A program made the position numbers and the translations under genes. Shown in pieces: positions 1 to 10,527 of a stretch of 64,000 nt of DNA (position 1 is its first letter; each line of letters begins with the position of its first letter). The stretch comes from an uncultured Acidobacteriota bacterium. Its GTDB lineage: Bacteria; Acidobacteriota; JAQAZP01. The stretch lies in the NCBI GenBank assembly GCA_963836075.1, contig CAWIIB010000009.1:2336001-2400000 (forward strand). Direction: 5' to 3'. The notes beneath the pieces were generated by a model. It was not told the origin of the DNA. It searched no databases and saw nothing but the letters and a program-made list of their open reading frames with translations.

Positions 1-1
1 C

Positions 2-181
2 ATGGCCCTGTCGGGCAAGGACACCGGGGGGAGCCAGTTTTTCATCACCCTCGCCCCCCAACCGCATCTCGACGGACGGTACACCATCTTCGGGAGGGTG
101 GCCGAAGGGATGGACGTGGTGGACCGGATCCGCCGCGGGGAGCGCATCACCACGGTGCGAATGATGGTTGACCCCGCCTGA
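2..181 (+). CDS. Cyclophilin-type peptidyl-prolyl cis-trans isomerase, C-terminal part (truncated by window edge)
   Basis: Own translation: [43 protein letters not shown]...; GSQFFI and HLDGxYTxFGxV are cyclophilin motifs; TGA at 179-181. Confidence 0.9.
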   Translation: MALSGKDTGGSQFFITLAPQPHLDGRYTIFGRVAEGMDVVDRIRRGERITTVRMMVDPA

Positions 182-262
182 GGCCTGCCCTATGATTATC
201 GCTTTCAAAGCGCCGGCCCGGTTTTCGGGCTGATCCGCAGTGTCAGCAGGGGAGTGGACAAG

Positions 263-1559
263 ATGAAAAAATGGGTCTATATCAGCGATATCGCCGGCCA
301 CGTGGGCGAGGAGATCACGCTCAAGGGGTGGCTGGCCGGCCGTCGTTCCAGCGGCAAGATCCATTTCCTCCAGTTCCGTGACGGCACCGGGTTCATCCAG
401 GGCGTGCTGGGCAAGGGCGATACTTCTCCCGAAGTGTTCGATCTGGCCGGGACCCTGACCCAGGAGTCCTCCCTGGAACTGGACGGGGTGGTCAAGGAAG
501 ATCCCCGGAGCCCCAGCGGGTTCGAGCTGGGGATTACCGACGTCCGCCTGATCCACCTCACCGAGGATTACCCCATCACCCGCAAGGAGCACGGTGTCGA
601 TTTCCTGATGGATCACCGCCACCTCTGGCTGCGCTCCAACCGCCAGCACGCCATCATCCGCGTGCGCAGCGAGATCGAGCAGGCCTTTCGAGACTATTAC
701 TACGAGAGGGGTTTCGTGCTCATCGACAGCCCGATCCTCACCCCGGCGGCCTGCGAGGGGACCAGCACGCTTTTCGAGACCGACTACTTCGGCGAGCCGG
801 CCTTTCTCAGCCAGAGCGGGCAGCTCTACCTCGAGCCGGCCTGTGCCGCCCATGCGCAAGGTCTACTGCTTCGGCCCCACCTTCCGGGCCGAGAAATCCA
901 AGACCCGCCGCCACCTCACCGAGTTCTGGATGCTGGAGCCGGAGGTGGCCTTCGCCGAACTGGACGATGTCTGCGACCTGGCCGAGGATTTCCTCGTCTC
1001 GGTGGTGGCCCGGGTGCTCGACCGCTGCGGCGAGGAACTGAAACGCCTGGAGCGGGACACCGCACCGCTGGCCAATGTGGCCGGACCGCTGCCCCGGATC
1101 ACCTACACCGAGGCGGTGGAGATTCTGCAGCAGGCCGGGCTCGAATTCGAGTGGGGTGGAGACTTCGGCGCCCCCGACGAGACCGTGCTGGGCGAGAAGT
1201 TCGACCGGCCGGTGATGGTGACCCACTGGCCGGCCGAGGTGAAGGCCTTCTACATGGAGCGCGACCCCGAGAACCCGCACCTGGCCCTCGGCGTGGACGT
1301 GATCGCCCCCGAGGGGTATGGCGAGATCATCGGCGGCGGTGAGCGGATGTCCAGCCACGAGCAGCTGATCGGCCAGATCCGGGAGCACGAGCTCCCCGAG
1401 GCGGCGTTTCAGTGGTATCTCGATGTTCGCAAGTACGGATCGGTGCCCCACGGCGGTTTCGGCATCGGCCTGGAGCGGACCGTTGCCTGGATCTGCGGTC
1501 TGAAGCACGTCCGGGAGACCATCCCCTTCCCGCGGATGCTCAACCGGCTCTATCCCTGA
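263..1559 (+). CDS. asnS: Asparagine--tRNA ligase, split by one frameshift near 848-851 (probably an assembly indel)
   Basis: ORF 254..1342 gives the OB-fold, HRHLWLRS and [11 protein letters not shown]; ORF 843..1559 continues [24 protein letters not shown]...GEIIGGGER...[11 protein letters not shown]; removing one C from GCCC-ATG joins them. Confidence 0.93.
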
Positions 1560-1567
1560 GCCCGGCA

Positions 1568-2921
1568 ATGAAAAGCCTCTGTCTGATCAATCTCGGCTGT
1601 CCCAAGAACCTGGTGGACGGCGAGGTCATGCTCGGCCGGCTGGCCGGGGCCGGGTTCCGCCCGGTGGCCGATCCCGCCGATGCCGAGGTGATCGTGGTCA
1701 ACACCTGCGGTTTCATCGAAGCGGCCCGGGAGGAGGCGGTGGACGTGATCCTCGATGCCGCCGGGTACAAGGAACGCGGCAGTTGCCGGACCCTGGTGGC
1801 GGCGGGTTGCCTGGTCCAGGACCAGCGGGAGGACCTGGCCGACGCGATCCCTGAGCTGGATGCGCTGGTGGGCCTTCACGACATCGACCGCATCGTCGAG
1901 ATCTGCGGCGGCACGGCCGGGGATCCGAGCTCGGCCGCGCGCAGCGGATTCTCGGCACCCCGCCACACCTGGCCTATCTCAAGATCGCCGAGGGGTGCGA
2001 CAACCGCTGCACCTTCTGCACCGTCCCCCGTATCCGCGGGCCGCTGATCAGCCGGCCGCAGGATGAGCTGATCGCCGAAGCCGCGGGACTGGCGGCCCGC
2101 GGGGTACGGGAACTGATACTGGTGGCCCAGGACACCACCGCTTACGGCCACGACCTGGACGGCGGACCGGCGGCACCGCCCGGCTGGTCTCGCTGCTCGA
2201 ATCGCTCAACGGAGATCCCCGGCCTGCTCCGCCTGCGCCTGATGTATTCCTATCCCGAGCGGCTGGATCACGAACTGGTCCGGGCCCTGGCGGATCTTCC
2301 CGCGCTCTGTCCCTACCTCGACATCCCGCTGCAGCACGTGTCGGCCCGACTGCTCCGGCGGATGGGGCGCGGCGCCGGCGCACCGGGCGGCACTGCCGGG
2401 CCGGAAACTTACGAGGAACTGGTCCGGATCGCTGCGCCGTGAGATCCCGGGTCTGGCCATCCGCACCTCCCTGATCGCCGGCTTTCCCGGGGAGAGCGAA
2501 GCCGAGTTCGAAGAGCTGGAGCAGTTCCTCATCCGCAACCGCCTGGACCACGTGGGAGTTTTTGCCTACTCTCCGGAGCCGGGCACCCCGGCGGCCCGGC
2601 TGCCCGACCTGCTGCCGCAGCAGGAAGCCGAGACCCGGCGCAACCGGTTGATGGAGGTGCAACAGTCGATCTCCCTGGAGCTGAACCGGGAAAAGGTGGG
2701 CCGGCGGATCCAGGTGCTGGTGGACGGTCCCTCGACGGAAACCGACCTCCTGCTGGAGGGCCGGATGGCGACCCAGGCCTTCGAGGTGGACGGTGTGGTG
2801 CTGATCAACGAGGGGCAGTTGCCGTGCCGGCGAACTGGTGGAGGTGGAACTGATCGAGGCGCACCCCTACGACCTGGTGGGCCGGGTTGTGGGGCGGGAG
2901 AAGGATGGCGATGAAATCTGA
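1568..2921 (+). CDS. rimO: Ribosomal protein S12 methylthiotransferase, about four frameshifts (near 1950, 2180, 2430, 2825)
   Basis: [37 protein letters not shown] (radical SAM motif, another frame), [29 protein letters not shown], and TRAM-domain end EVDGVV...YDLVG. Confidence 0.88.
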
Positions 2922-3420
2922 GACCCCCACACTGACCGACCGGCTGGCCCTGCTCTGGGGCACCGGGTTCGGCACCGGCTATTCGCCGGTGGTCTCCGGG
3001 ACGGTGGGCACCCTGGTGGGGATCCCGCTCTACCTGCTTCTGCACCGGGTCACCTTTGTTCCCTGCGGCACGGCGGTGGGACTCGCCCTCTACCTCACGG
3101 TGACCGCACTGCTTTTCCTGGCCGGGGTGGCCGCGGCCACCCGCCTGGAGAAGCGCTTCCGCCGCAAGGATCCCGGCCAGGTGGTGGCCGACGAGGTGGT
3201 GGGCTACCTGGTGGCCACCTGTGCCATTGCTCCCTCCCTGGCCTCGGTGGTAATCACGTTTGTCCTCTTCCGGATCTTTGATATAGTGAAACCGTTTCCC
3301 GCGCGCCGGTCGGAGCGTCTGCCCGGCGGCTGGGGAATCATGGTCGACGACCTCTGGGCCGGTCTGTACGCCAACCTGGCGGCCCGGGTCTGTCTGTACG
3401 TGTGGGGCCTCGTCTCCTAG
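2905..3420 (+). CDS. pgpA: Phosphatidylglycerophosphatase A
   Basis: GFGTGYSPVVSGTVGT, KDPGQVVADEVVG, FRIFDIVKPFP, GGWGIMVDD. Confidence 0.92.
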   Translation: MAMKSETPTLTDRLALLWGTGFGTGYSPVVSGTVGTLVGIPLYLLLHRVTFVPCGTAVGLALYLTVTALLFLAGVAAATRLEKRFRRKDPGQVVADEVVGYLVATCAIAPSLASVVITFVLFRIFDIVKPFPARRSERLPGGWGIMVDDLWAGLYANLAARVCLYVWGLVS

Positions 3421-4412
3421 TGGATGTCCTCAGAGATTTCGAGATGGATGATCTGGCCCGCCTGGTGCGGCAGCGGGGGGACGATCGTCCGGCGGTGGTC
3501 ACCATCGGCAATTTCGACGGCCTGCACCAGGGCCACCGGCTGATCCTCGACACGGTTCTCCGGCGCAGTGTGGAAATCGGCGGCCAGAGCATACTGATCA
3601 CCTTCGATCCTCACCCCCAGCGGGTTATCCGCCCCCAGTCGGCACCGCCGCTGCTGATGACCATTGATCAAAAGGCTCGGCTCCTGGAACTGCTCGGTTT
3701 TGACCTGCTGCTGGTCATCCCCTTCAGCCCGGAAATGGCTGTCCGGACGGCCGGCCAGTTTGTGGAACGCGTTTTGTTGCGGTCCCTCCGCACGGTTGAG
3801 GTGCACGTGGGCTCGAACTTCCACTTCGGGCACCGCAAGGAGGGCAATCTCGATTTCCTCCGCAAAATGGGCCGGCTCCACGGCTTTCTGGCCCACGGGG
3901 TGCGCGAAGTGGAGGCCGGTGGTGCGGTGGTCAGCAGTTCCCGGATCCGCCAGGCCCTCCAGGAGGGTGACGTCGAGTTGGCCGGCGAACTGCTGGGCTA
4001 CCCCTTTCACGTGACCGGGCGGATCGTCCACGGCGCCGGCCGCGGCCGGAAGCTGAAATTCCCCACCGCCAACCTGGCCAGCGACGGTGAGATCCTGCCC
4101 CGTCACGGCGTCTACCTCACCCGTTTCGAGATCAAGGGCAGCACCCTGAGCGGCTTGACCAATGTGGGGGTCAACCCCACATTTGGTGAGCAGAAGCTCA
4201 GCGTGGAAACCTATCTCCTCGATTTCGACGGCAACATCTACGACGAGACCGCCCGCCTGTTTTTCCTCAAAAGAGTTCGAGAAGAGATTCGCTTTCCCGA
4301 TGCGGAGGCGCTGGTGGCCCGGATCGAAAAGGATCTGGAGGTGGCCCGTGAGTACTTCGGGCTCCCCGAGCCGCTGGGCGCGGGGCTGACGCCGGGCCGG
4401 GCCGGCGGGTGA
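3420..4412 (+). CDS. ribF: Bifunctional riboflavin kinase / FAD synthetase
   Basis: TIGNFDGLHQGH, TFDPHP, VSSSRIR, GRGRKLKFPTAN, NVGVNPTF, VETYLLDF; start position approximate. Confidence 0.95.
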   Translation: MDVLRDFEMDDLARLVRQRGDDRPAVVTIGNFDGLHQGHRLILDTVLRRSVEIGGQSILITFDPHPQRVIRPQSAPPLLMTIDQKARLLELLGFDLLLVIPFSPEMAVRTAGQFVERVLLRSLRTVEVHVGSNFHFGHRKEGNLDFLRKMGRLHGFLAHGVREVEAGGAVVSSSRIRQALQEGDVELAGELLGYPFHVTGRIVHGAGRGRKLKFPTANLASDGEILPRHGVYLTRFEIKGSTLSGLTNVGVNPTFGEQKLSVETYLLDFDGNIYDETARLFFLKRVREEIRFPDAEALVARIEKDLEVAREYFGLPEPLGAGLTPGRAGG

Positions 4413-4484
4413 TCATGGGCGAATAGACTGCGTCGCCGCCGCGTAGGATGCCTGAAGTGAATCCCCGGTCCCGGGGCAGCTGTG

Positions 4485-4766
4485 CTATTTGAACAGGTCG
4501 TCAAAGGCGCTGCGCGCATGGTTCTGCCGGTGCTCGCCGCCGGCGGCGGTGGAGCTGTTCATTTCGAAGAACTCGCAGAAGTTGCTCCGGTCACGGACGC
4601 CGACAAATTCAGCAATCGGTTCATCGCACTTGTTATGCGCACTCTCATTGTAGAACCGGCAGTTCAGGCAGCACCTGACGTCGCTGCGGCAGTGCGGGCA
4701 GACATCGTCGCGGCTGATCTTGCCCTCGACCGGAATCTTCCTGTGGCAGTGATGGCAAGTGGACAC
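4485..4766 (-). CDS. Small Cys-rich zinc-ribbon-like conserved hypothetical protein
   Basis: CHHC, CPHC, CCLNCRFY, C..E, NFCEFF, C-terminal ARSAFDDLFK; GGAGG upstream of GTG at 4766. Confidence 0.75.
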   Translation of the reverse strand: MSTCHHCHRKIPVEGKISRDDVCPHCRSDVRCCLNCRFYNESAHNKCDEPIAEFVGVRDRSNFCEFFEMNSSTAAGGEHRQNHARSAFDDLFK

Positions 4767-4879
4767 GGTGGTCGCCTCCCGTGGCTGAAACCGACTCCAA
4801 TCAATCGTAGCTCCCGCCTTCCGGGCTGTCAACGGTATGCGGGGTTCGGAACCCGGGCGGGCCTCTGCCGCTGGAATCA

Positions 4880-5569
4880 ATGAAGCGATCCAGGACCAGA
4901 AAAGACGCCGAAACCTTTCCCTCACCAACCCGTATACACGAGGTGGAGGCGGAACCCGGCGGCCCGGAGCGGGCCACCGACGAGGAGATCGTCGGCCGGG
5001 TGCTGGCCGGTGAGCGGGAGCTTTTCGAAGAACTGGTGGTGCGCTACCAGCGCCGGATCATGCACTACCTGACCCGAATGGTGAAGGACCCGGATCTGGC
5101 CGAGGACCTGGCCCAGGTGACCTTTGTCAAGGCATATACCGCTCTGGACTCTTTCGATCCGCAATACCGGTTCACCACCTGGGTCTACCGCATCGCGTCG
5201 AACGCAGCCATCGACCACCTCCGCCGGAACCGAATACGGCCGTTCTCTCTGGATCAGCCGCTGGAGACCGAAGACGGGACTTTGGAGCAGCAGATCCGTG
5301 CCCCTGGTCCCGCGCCGGATGAACTGGCCGGCCAGGGAGAGGTCCGGGTGCTGCTCCGTAAGGCGGTTGACCGGCTGCCGTCGGAATACCGGCAGTTGAT
5401 CGCCCTGCGGCACGGTTCGGACTGTAGTTACGAGGAGATCTGCTCAATCACCGGCCTGCCCATGGGCACGGTGAAAAACCGGCTTTTCCGGGCGCGAAAC
5501 CTGCTGCGGGACATACTCGCCGGCAGCGAACTCCAGCGCGGTCCGGACCGGGAGGAGGGCATGGCGTGA
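4880..5569 (+). CDS. ECF RNA polymerase sigma factor (SigW/RpoE-like)
   Basis: Region 2 AEDLAQVTFVKAY...FTTWVYRIASNAAIDHLR; region 4 SYEEICSITGLPMGTVKNRLFRAR. Confidence 0.92.
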   Translation: MKRSRTRKDAETFPSPTRIHEVEAEPGGPERATDEEIVGRVLAGERELFEELVVRYQRRIMHYLTRMVKDPDLAEDLAQVTFVKAYTALDSFDPQYRFTTWVYRIASNAAIDHLRRNRIRPFSLDQPLETEDGTLEQQIRAPGPAPDELAGQGEVRVLLRKAVDRLPSEYRQLIALRHGSDCSYEEICSITGLPMGTVKNRLFRARNLLRDILAGSELQRGPDREEGMA

Positions 5570-6171
5570 CCAGGGAACATCAGCACCCCCAGGCGGAAGA
5601 GCTTCAGGCCCGGTTGGACGGCCAGTTGTCCCTGGAGGAACAGCGGGAGGTGGACGCTCACCTCCAGGGGTGTGCCCGCTGCTGCGGGGAACGTGCTGCT
5701 CTTGAACTGCTCTTTGGTGAACTGGCGGCCCTCGAGCAGACCGCCGGGCCGGAACCCGGCCCGCGTTTCTCCCGCCGGGTGATGGCGGAGATCCTGAGGC
5801 GGGAGACAGAGGCTCGGGTGCGCCGGAACCGCGTGATGGTGCCGGCCGCCGCGGCCGTCTTTCTCGCCCTGGTGCTGGCTCTATGGCTGGCGCCGTCCCC
5901 CGGTCTGCCGCTGGGCGCCGGCGCCGGCGGTGGCCCGGCCTTTCACGTGCTGGTGGGCGCCATGCTGAAAGTCGTGCACAGCGGAGCGGTGATGGTCGCC
6001 GAAGGACTGGATCTGGCGTTCCGGCTGGCCCGCACCACCTCCGCCCTCCTGGCGGCGTTGCCCGGGACGGTCTGGGCGGCCTGTCTGGTCCTGTTCTTCG
6101 CCGTCCACGGCGCCCTGGCCCTCCTGCTTCAGGACTATGCCAGGCGGAACTACGGGAGCATCCGGTCATGA
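5566..6171 (+). CDS. Zinc-finger (zf-HC2) membrane anti-sigma factor
   Basis: LDGQL...HLQGCARC (HxxxCxxC), then hydrophobic helices; overlaps the sigma factor stop. Confidence 0.8.
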   Translation: MTREHQHPQAEELQARLDGQLSLEEQREVDAHLQGCARCCGERAALELLFGELAALEQTAGPEPGPRFSRRVMAEILRRETEARVRRNRVMVPAAAAVFLALVLALWLAPSPGLPLGAGAGGGPAFHVLVGAMLKVVHSGAVMVAEGLDLAFRLARTTSALLAALPGTVWAACLVLFFAVHGALALLLQDYARRNYGSIRS

Positions 6172-7112
6172 TCGATCTGCCCAGACCCTCACTTCACCGC
6201 TTCCTCATGCTCCTCCTGGTTACGCTGGTTCTGTTGCCGGTGCTTCCGGCGGTGGCGGACGCTGCCGAGCCGAACACCATTTATGGCCGTGACCTGGTGA
6301 TCGATCTCGGGGAGGTGATTGCACGGGATGTAATGGTGGTCTTCGGCTCGGTGACCGTGGACGGTGTGGCCGAGCGCGACGTGGCCACCTTCGGCGGCTC
6401 GGTCAAGGTTCGGGGTGCGGTGCAGGGATCGGTGATCGCCCTTGGCGGCTCGGTGGACATTGAAACGGCGGGGAAAGTGGAAGGCGACCTGATCTGTTTT
6501 GGCGGAACGGTGAGCCAGGAGACCCGGGAGCGGGTGGCGGGGAAAGTGGTGATGCTCGGGTCTCCCGGGCGCCTTTTCGGTCTCGGTGGCCAGAGCGTCG
6601 ACGACATGCCGGTTGGGTTCCTCCAGTCCCTGCGGTGGCCGCTGGTCTTGCTGCTGGGCTGGCTGGTGGTGGCCCTGGTGGTGGGGCTGGCTTTCCCGGG
6701 GCAGGTGGCGGTGGCCGCCGGGGAACTGGCCCGCAGGCCGCTGTTCAACGGTCTGGCCGGGCTCCTGGGAGTGGCCGCCCTCTGTCTGTCGCTGGCCGCA
6801 TCGGTGCTTCTCTCCCTCCTGATTGTCGGCATCCCCCTGCTGGTGATCTTTTTCGTCACCGGCCTGGTGCTCAAGGTGTTCGGCATGGTGGCCGTATTCC
6901 ACCTGGTGGGCCGCTGGATTGGCGGTCGAACGGCCGGTGGCGACCCCAACCCGCTGCTGCTCACCATGCTCGGCTTTTTCGCTGTGGGTCTGGTCCGCCT
7001 CATCCCCTGGGCCGGTCAACTGGTCTGGTTGCTGGCCGGTATCATGGGAATCGGGGTCGCCCTGACCACCAAGTTCGGGTCGGGGGCCCGGTGGTTTCGT
7101 CTGAGAGGCTGA
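6168..7112 (+). CDS. Membrane protein with polymer-forming/bactofilin-like beta-solenoid repeats, ECF-associated
   Basis: Signal/TM segment, repeats of DVxxFGGSVxVxGxV, then 5-6 TM helices; ATG overlaps the anti-sigma stop. Confidence 0.75.
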   Translation: MIDLPRPSLHRFLMLLLVTLVLLPVLPAVADAAEPNTIYGRDLVIDLGEVIARDVMVVFGSVTVDGVAERDVATFGGSVKVRGAVQGSVIALGGSVDIETAGKVEGDLICFGGTVSQETRERVAGKVVMLGSPGRLFGLGGQSVDDMPVGFLQSLRWPLVLLLGWLVVALVVGLAFPGQVAVAAGELARRPLFNGLAGLLGVAALCLSLAASVLLSLLIVGIPLLVIFFVTGLVLKVFGMVAVFHLVGRWIGGRTAGGDPNPLLLTMLGFFAVGLVRLIPWAGQLVWLLAGIMGIGVALTTKFGSGARWFRLRG

Positions 7113-7374
7113 CCCCCATGGTTATCGATCCATCCTCTTGATCTTTCTTGAGTTCCCGACATTTCTAAACGTTTTCCCCCACTGTGCCGATATGAAATTC
7201 GGGAGCCGGTTTCGTTCGGCTCCTGCCAGTGGCGGGACCCAGTCCCCCCTCCGGCTCAGGGGTACACAAGGAATGCGAATTTCGCACCTATCAAGCCCGG
7301 CTCAGGAACCCGGGCAGTGGGACCGATGCAGATTCTGAGGACGACCAGTGCCGCGCTAAGGAGCAAGTTGGTTT

Positions 7375-7791
7375 ATGGCCAAAACACGTTGGGATGCGGA
7401 CGGGGAGGAATCAGGCTCGAAGCTCCTCTCGGCGGCCGGCAATTCCGAGATCAGTCCCATGGACTGGGTGGGGAAGGCCGGCACGGAGGAGGCCAACCTT
7501 GGCGAAGACGATCCCGGCGGTGTTGAGACATCCCTGGTGCGGGGTGGGGCGCTGCACGAAGTCTTTCGGCTGATTCACAAGATAAACAATCATCTCCAGG
7601 TGATTACGATCAATGCCGAGATGATGGAAATGATGAACGGAAATTCGAACCGCTACATCTCGAAAATCATGGACGCCGCCATCACCATCCGGGAGCAGAT
7701 GGACGATTTTCGTGATACGCACGGGGGCCAGAATCGACGCCTGCGGGATGTGGTCGATAAACTGGATCTCGATGACTTCGGCATAGGCTAG
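7375..7791 (+). CDS. Small stand-alone HisKA-like (H-box) protein
   Basis: LIHKINNHLQVITINAEMM resembles a HisKA H-box helix; no HATPase domain; start uncertain. Confidence 0.55.
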   Translation: MAKTRWDADGEESGSKLLSAAGNSEISPMDWVGKAGTEEANLGEDDPGGVETSLVRGGALHEVFRLIHKINNHLQVITINAEMMEMMNGNSNRYISKIMDAAITIREQMDDFRDTHGGQNRRLRDVVDKLDLDDFGIG

Positions 7792-8093
7792 TTGTGCACC
7801 CGGTCCCGAGCGCAGACGACTCCGCGCGCGAGGCCCTGGTTCTGCGGTCTCCGAGCCGGCCCCGGAATGTCGAACACGCGTCGGGTGTGGGAATTGACTC
7901 TCTGGCGGATTTCCATTACATTTTCGCCCGTAAGGGTGCCATGGGCGTTGTGTGGCTCCGCATCTCCCCGTAGCCGTTCCCATCCCGTAACCGAGAACAG
8001 ACGATTCAGTCACGGCCGCCCCCGCCCGATACAGCAGCTCGGCAACCTGTGTCCTGGCCGAAAGCAGGAAGAGACAACGAGGCTCTGAGACCC

Positions 8094-10451
8094 ATGGAAC
8101 GGATCGCCAGGGACATCCGGCGCCAGATCAAGCGGGAGGAGACCTTTCGGGGGATTCTCCATACGCTGGCCGGGACCGCTGCCCTGGAAACCCGTCTGGC
8201 CGCAGCCCTGGCCGGCCTCTCCCGGCTGATCTCCTTCGATGCCTTTGAGCTCAGTTATCCCGACCCGGCCGGCGGGCCGTCCTGGTTTGCGCTCCTGGCG
8301 GACCGCGAGGCCCTCTCCTCGGCCGCCGGGTTCCGCCGGCGGACCGTGACCCATCCCGGCCGGTCGGACGGCCCTGCCGCCAAGGCCCTGCTGTTGCGCA
8401 GCCCCATCTCGATGGATCGTTTCGCTTCGGCCGGTGCCGGCAGAATGCCGGAGGGGATCGATGCTTCACTGACCATCCCCCTCTTTTGCGGCACCGAGAT
8501 CACCGGGCTGATGGCCGTCTACTCCCGGCGCAGCGGCAGTTTTGCCCACGGGGATGTGGGTCTGCTGCAGCAGTTCGGCGACCTGGTCACCCTGGCCCTG
8601 GAGCAGCAGAGAGCGGCGGCGAACCTGAACCATGGCGGAGAGATGGCGCAGCGGCTGGGACATCGCCTGCCGGCGGTGTCCTCCTGTTCGCGAAGCACCC
8701 ACTACCTGGCCGACCTGGAGAAGGTGCTCGGTGAAGTGTTCTCCCTCCGCGGCTTCCGGCTTTTCGAGGTCCGGATGGGGTCGGGGGTGGCTGACCTGGT
8801 GGAACAATTCCCCGGACGGTCCGAGGGTGGCTCACCGCCGGACGAGGGGCGGCGGACGCGGTTTCCCGCTTCCGACCTGTCCCTGGTTTCCGGGGGCGAG
8901 ATCAAGGTCGCCGCCCAGGGTCGCGACGCGGACGCCCTGCAGCGTTTGGCGGCGCCATACGATATGTCTTCGGCCACGGTGTTCATCCCGCTCCGCGTGG
9001 AGCGGGAGCCGGCCTGGTTGGTCACCGCCGCCGGCGACCCGGCTCTGTTGGGCGAGCCCACCACGGTCAGCCTGCTGCGGATCCTGCAGAACACGGTGGA
9101 GCAGGCGCTGTCCGGAATGACGGTGTACCGCGGCCTCCGCTCGGACGTGGCCCGGCTCACCGGTCTGTTGTCCCTGGCCAAGATCCTCACCGAGCTATCC
9201 CCGGAGAGCGGCGTGTTCCAGGTGGTGATCGACAAGATCGGAGAGTTGATCGACTTCGATGGCTGCACGATCTACGTGCTGGACGGCGACGAACCGGATC
9301 TGGTGCCGGTGGTCTCCAACGAGGATCCGGGTCCCGGCGGCGTATCGGGAGCCGGCAGGAACCGCCGCCGGCAGTGGCTGGACAGCGTACTGCAGCTGGG
9401 CGAGGCCAGAATGCTCAACGGTGTCGGTAGCAGCGAGGGGGCGGGCGAGCACCTGATGGCCAGCCCGATGCTGCACAAGGGCCGGCCGTTCGGCATCTTC
9501 TGCATCCAGCGCGGCGGACATCGGCCGTTCAGCGCAGAGGACCTCTCCCTGCTCACCACCCTCGCCGGGTTCACCGCCGACGCCATGCACCGTTCGCTGC
9601 GCCAGCAGGAACAGCTGTCCCTGCACCGGGCGTTCAGCCTGGTGGACCAGCACGCCGGCGAAGGGATCCTCTTCCTCGACGGCCGGATGAAAATCACCCG
9701 GACCAGCCGCGAGGCGCTTCGGCTCCTGGGGTGCTCGGCGGGCGAGCTTCTGGGTCATGACCTGCGGGAGCACCTCTTCCGCAACGGGCCGGAGGCCGAC
9801 GGCCTGCTGGAGCAGCTGCTGGCGGGGAAGAAGGTCGAAGGGTTCCGCACCTACGCCCGTCCGGCCAGCGATGCCCCGGTTCCGGTGGTGCTCACTGCCG
9901 CCCTGCAGGACCAGGTGGCCGGCGCTGCCGGTGGCCTGGTTCTCGTGCTCCGCGACGCCACCCAACGGTTGCGTCTGGAAAACCAGTTGAAGAAAGCGGC
10001 GGTCACCGATCCGCTCACCGGGCTGAAAAATCGCCACGAGGCATACCCGGCCCTGGCTGCCGAACTGGGGCGGGGGCTTAGCCGGGACCGTTTTCTCTCC
10101 GCGCTGCTCTTCAGGGTGCGGGAACTGGATGAGTTCAACGTCCGGCACGGCTGGCTGGAGGGAGACAAGATGGTCCAGGAGGTGGGCGGGATCATCAGCA
10201 AGCGGATTCGATGCCACATGGACGCCGCCTATCGCTTTGGTGACGGCGCCTTCCTGGTGATCATGCCCGACACCCCCGGCCGGGATGCCGAGGCGGCTTC
10301 GCGGCGGATTCTCGGCGGGGTGGACCAGGGCTACAGCGGGCGCATCGTGCTGGATGCCGCGGTGACCCAGAGCCGTTTCGCCGACACTCCGGACACCATT
10401 CTCCAGCGGTTGTTCACCCGCCTCGAGGGTCCGGAGTCGGCTCTTCCCTGA
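8094..10451 (+). CDS. GAF-GAF-PAS-GGDEF-like sensor protein with degenerate active site
   Basis: GAF signatures (SLTIPL...GLMAVY; LMASPM...GIFCI...FSAEDLSLL), PAS, TDPLTGLKNR; active site reads YRFGDGAF rather than RxGG(D/E)EF. Confidence 0.82.
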   Translation: MERIARDIRRQIKREETFRGILHTLAGTAALETRLAAALAGLSRLISFDAFELSYPDPAGGPSWFALLADREALSSAAGFRRRTVTHPGRSDGPAAKALLLRSPISMDRFASAGAGRMPEGIDASLTIPLFCGTEITGLMAVYSRRSGSFAHGDVGLLQQFGDLVTLALEQQRAAANLNHGGEMAQRLGHRLPAVSSCSRSTHYLADLEKVLGEVFSLRGFRLFEVRMGSGVADLVEQFPGRSEGGSPPDEGRRTRFPASDLSLVSGGEIKVAAQGRDADALQRLAAPYDMSSATVFIPLRVEREPAWLVTAAGDPALLGEPTTVSLLRILQNTVEQALSGMTVYRGLRSDVARLTGLLSLAKILTELSPESGVFQVVIDKIGELIDFDGCTIYVLDGDEPDLVPVVSNEDPGPGGVSGAGRNRRRQWLDSVLQLGEARMLNGVGSSEGAGEHLMASPMLHKGRPFGIFCIQRGGHRPFSAEDLSLLTTLAGFTADAMHRSLRQQEQLSLHRAFSLVDQHAGEGILFLDGRMKITRTSREALRLLGCSAGELLGHDLREHLFRNGPEADGLLEQLLAGKKVEGFRTYARPASDAPVPVVLTAALQDQVAGAAGGLVLVLRDATQRLRLENQLKKAAVTDPLTGLKNRHEAYPALAAELGRGLSRDRFLSALLFRVRELDEFNVRHGWLEGDKMVQEVGGIISKRIRCHMDAAYRFGDGAFLVIMPDTPGRDAEAASRRILGGVDQGYSGRIVLDAAVTQSRFADTPDTILQRLFTRLEGPESALP

Positions 10452-10466
10452 TCTGGTCCGTACAGC

Positions 10467-10507
10467 AAAACCCCGACTGTGGTTCGGGGCCGCAGTCGGG
10501 GTTTTTT
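10467..10507. terminator. Bidirectional intrinsic terminator between convergent genes
   Basis: AAAA-CCCCGACTGTGG...CCGCAGTCGGGG-TTTTTT. Confidence 0.85.
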
Positions 10508-10527
10508 CTTCCAGCAGTTGCCGGCGT

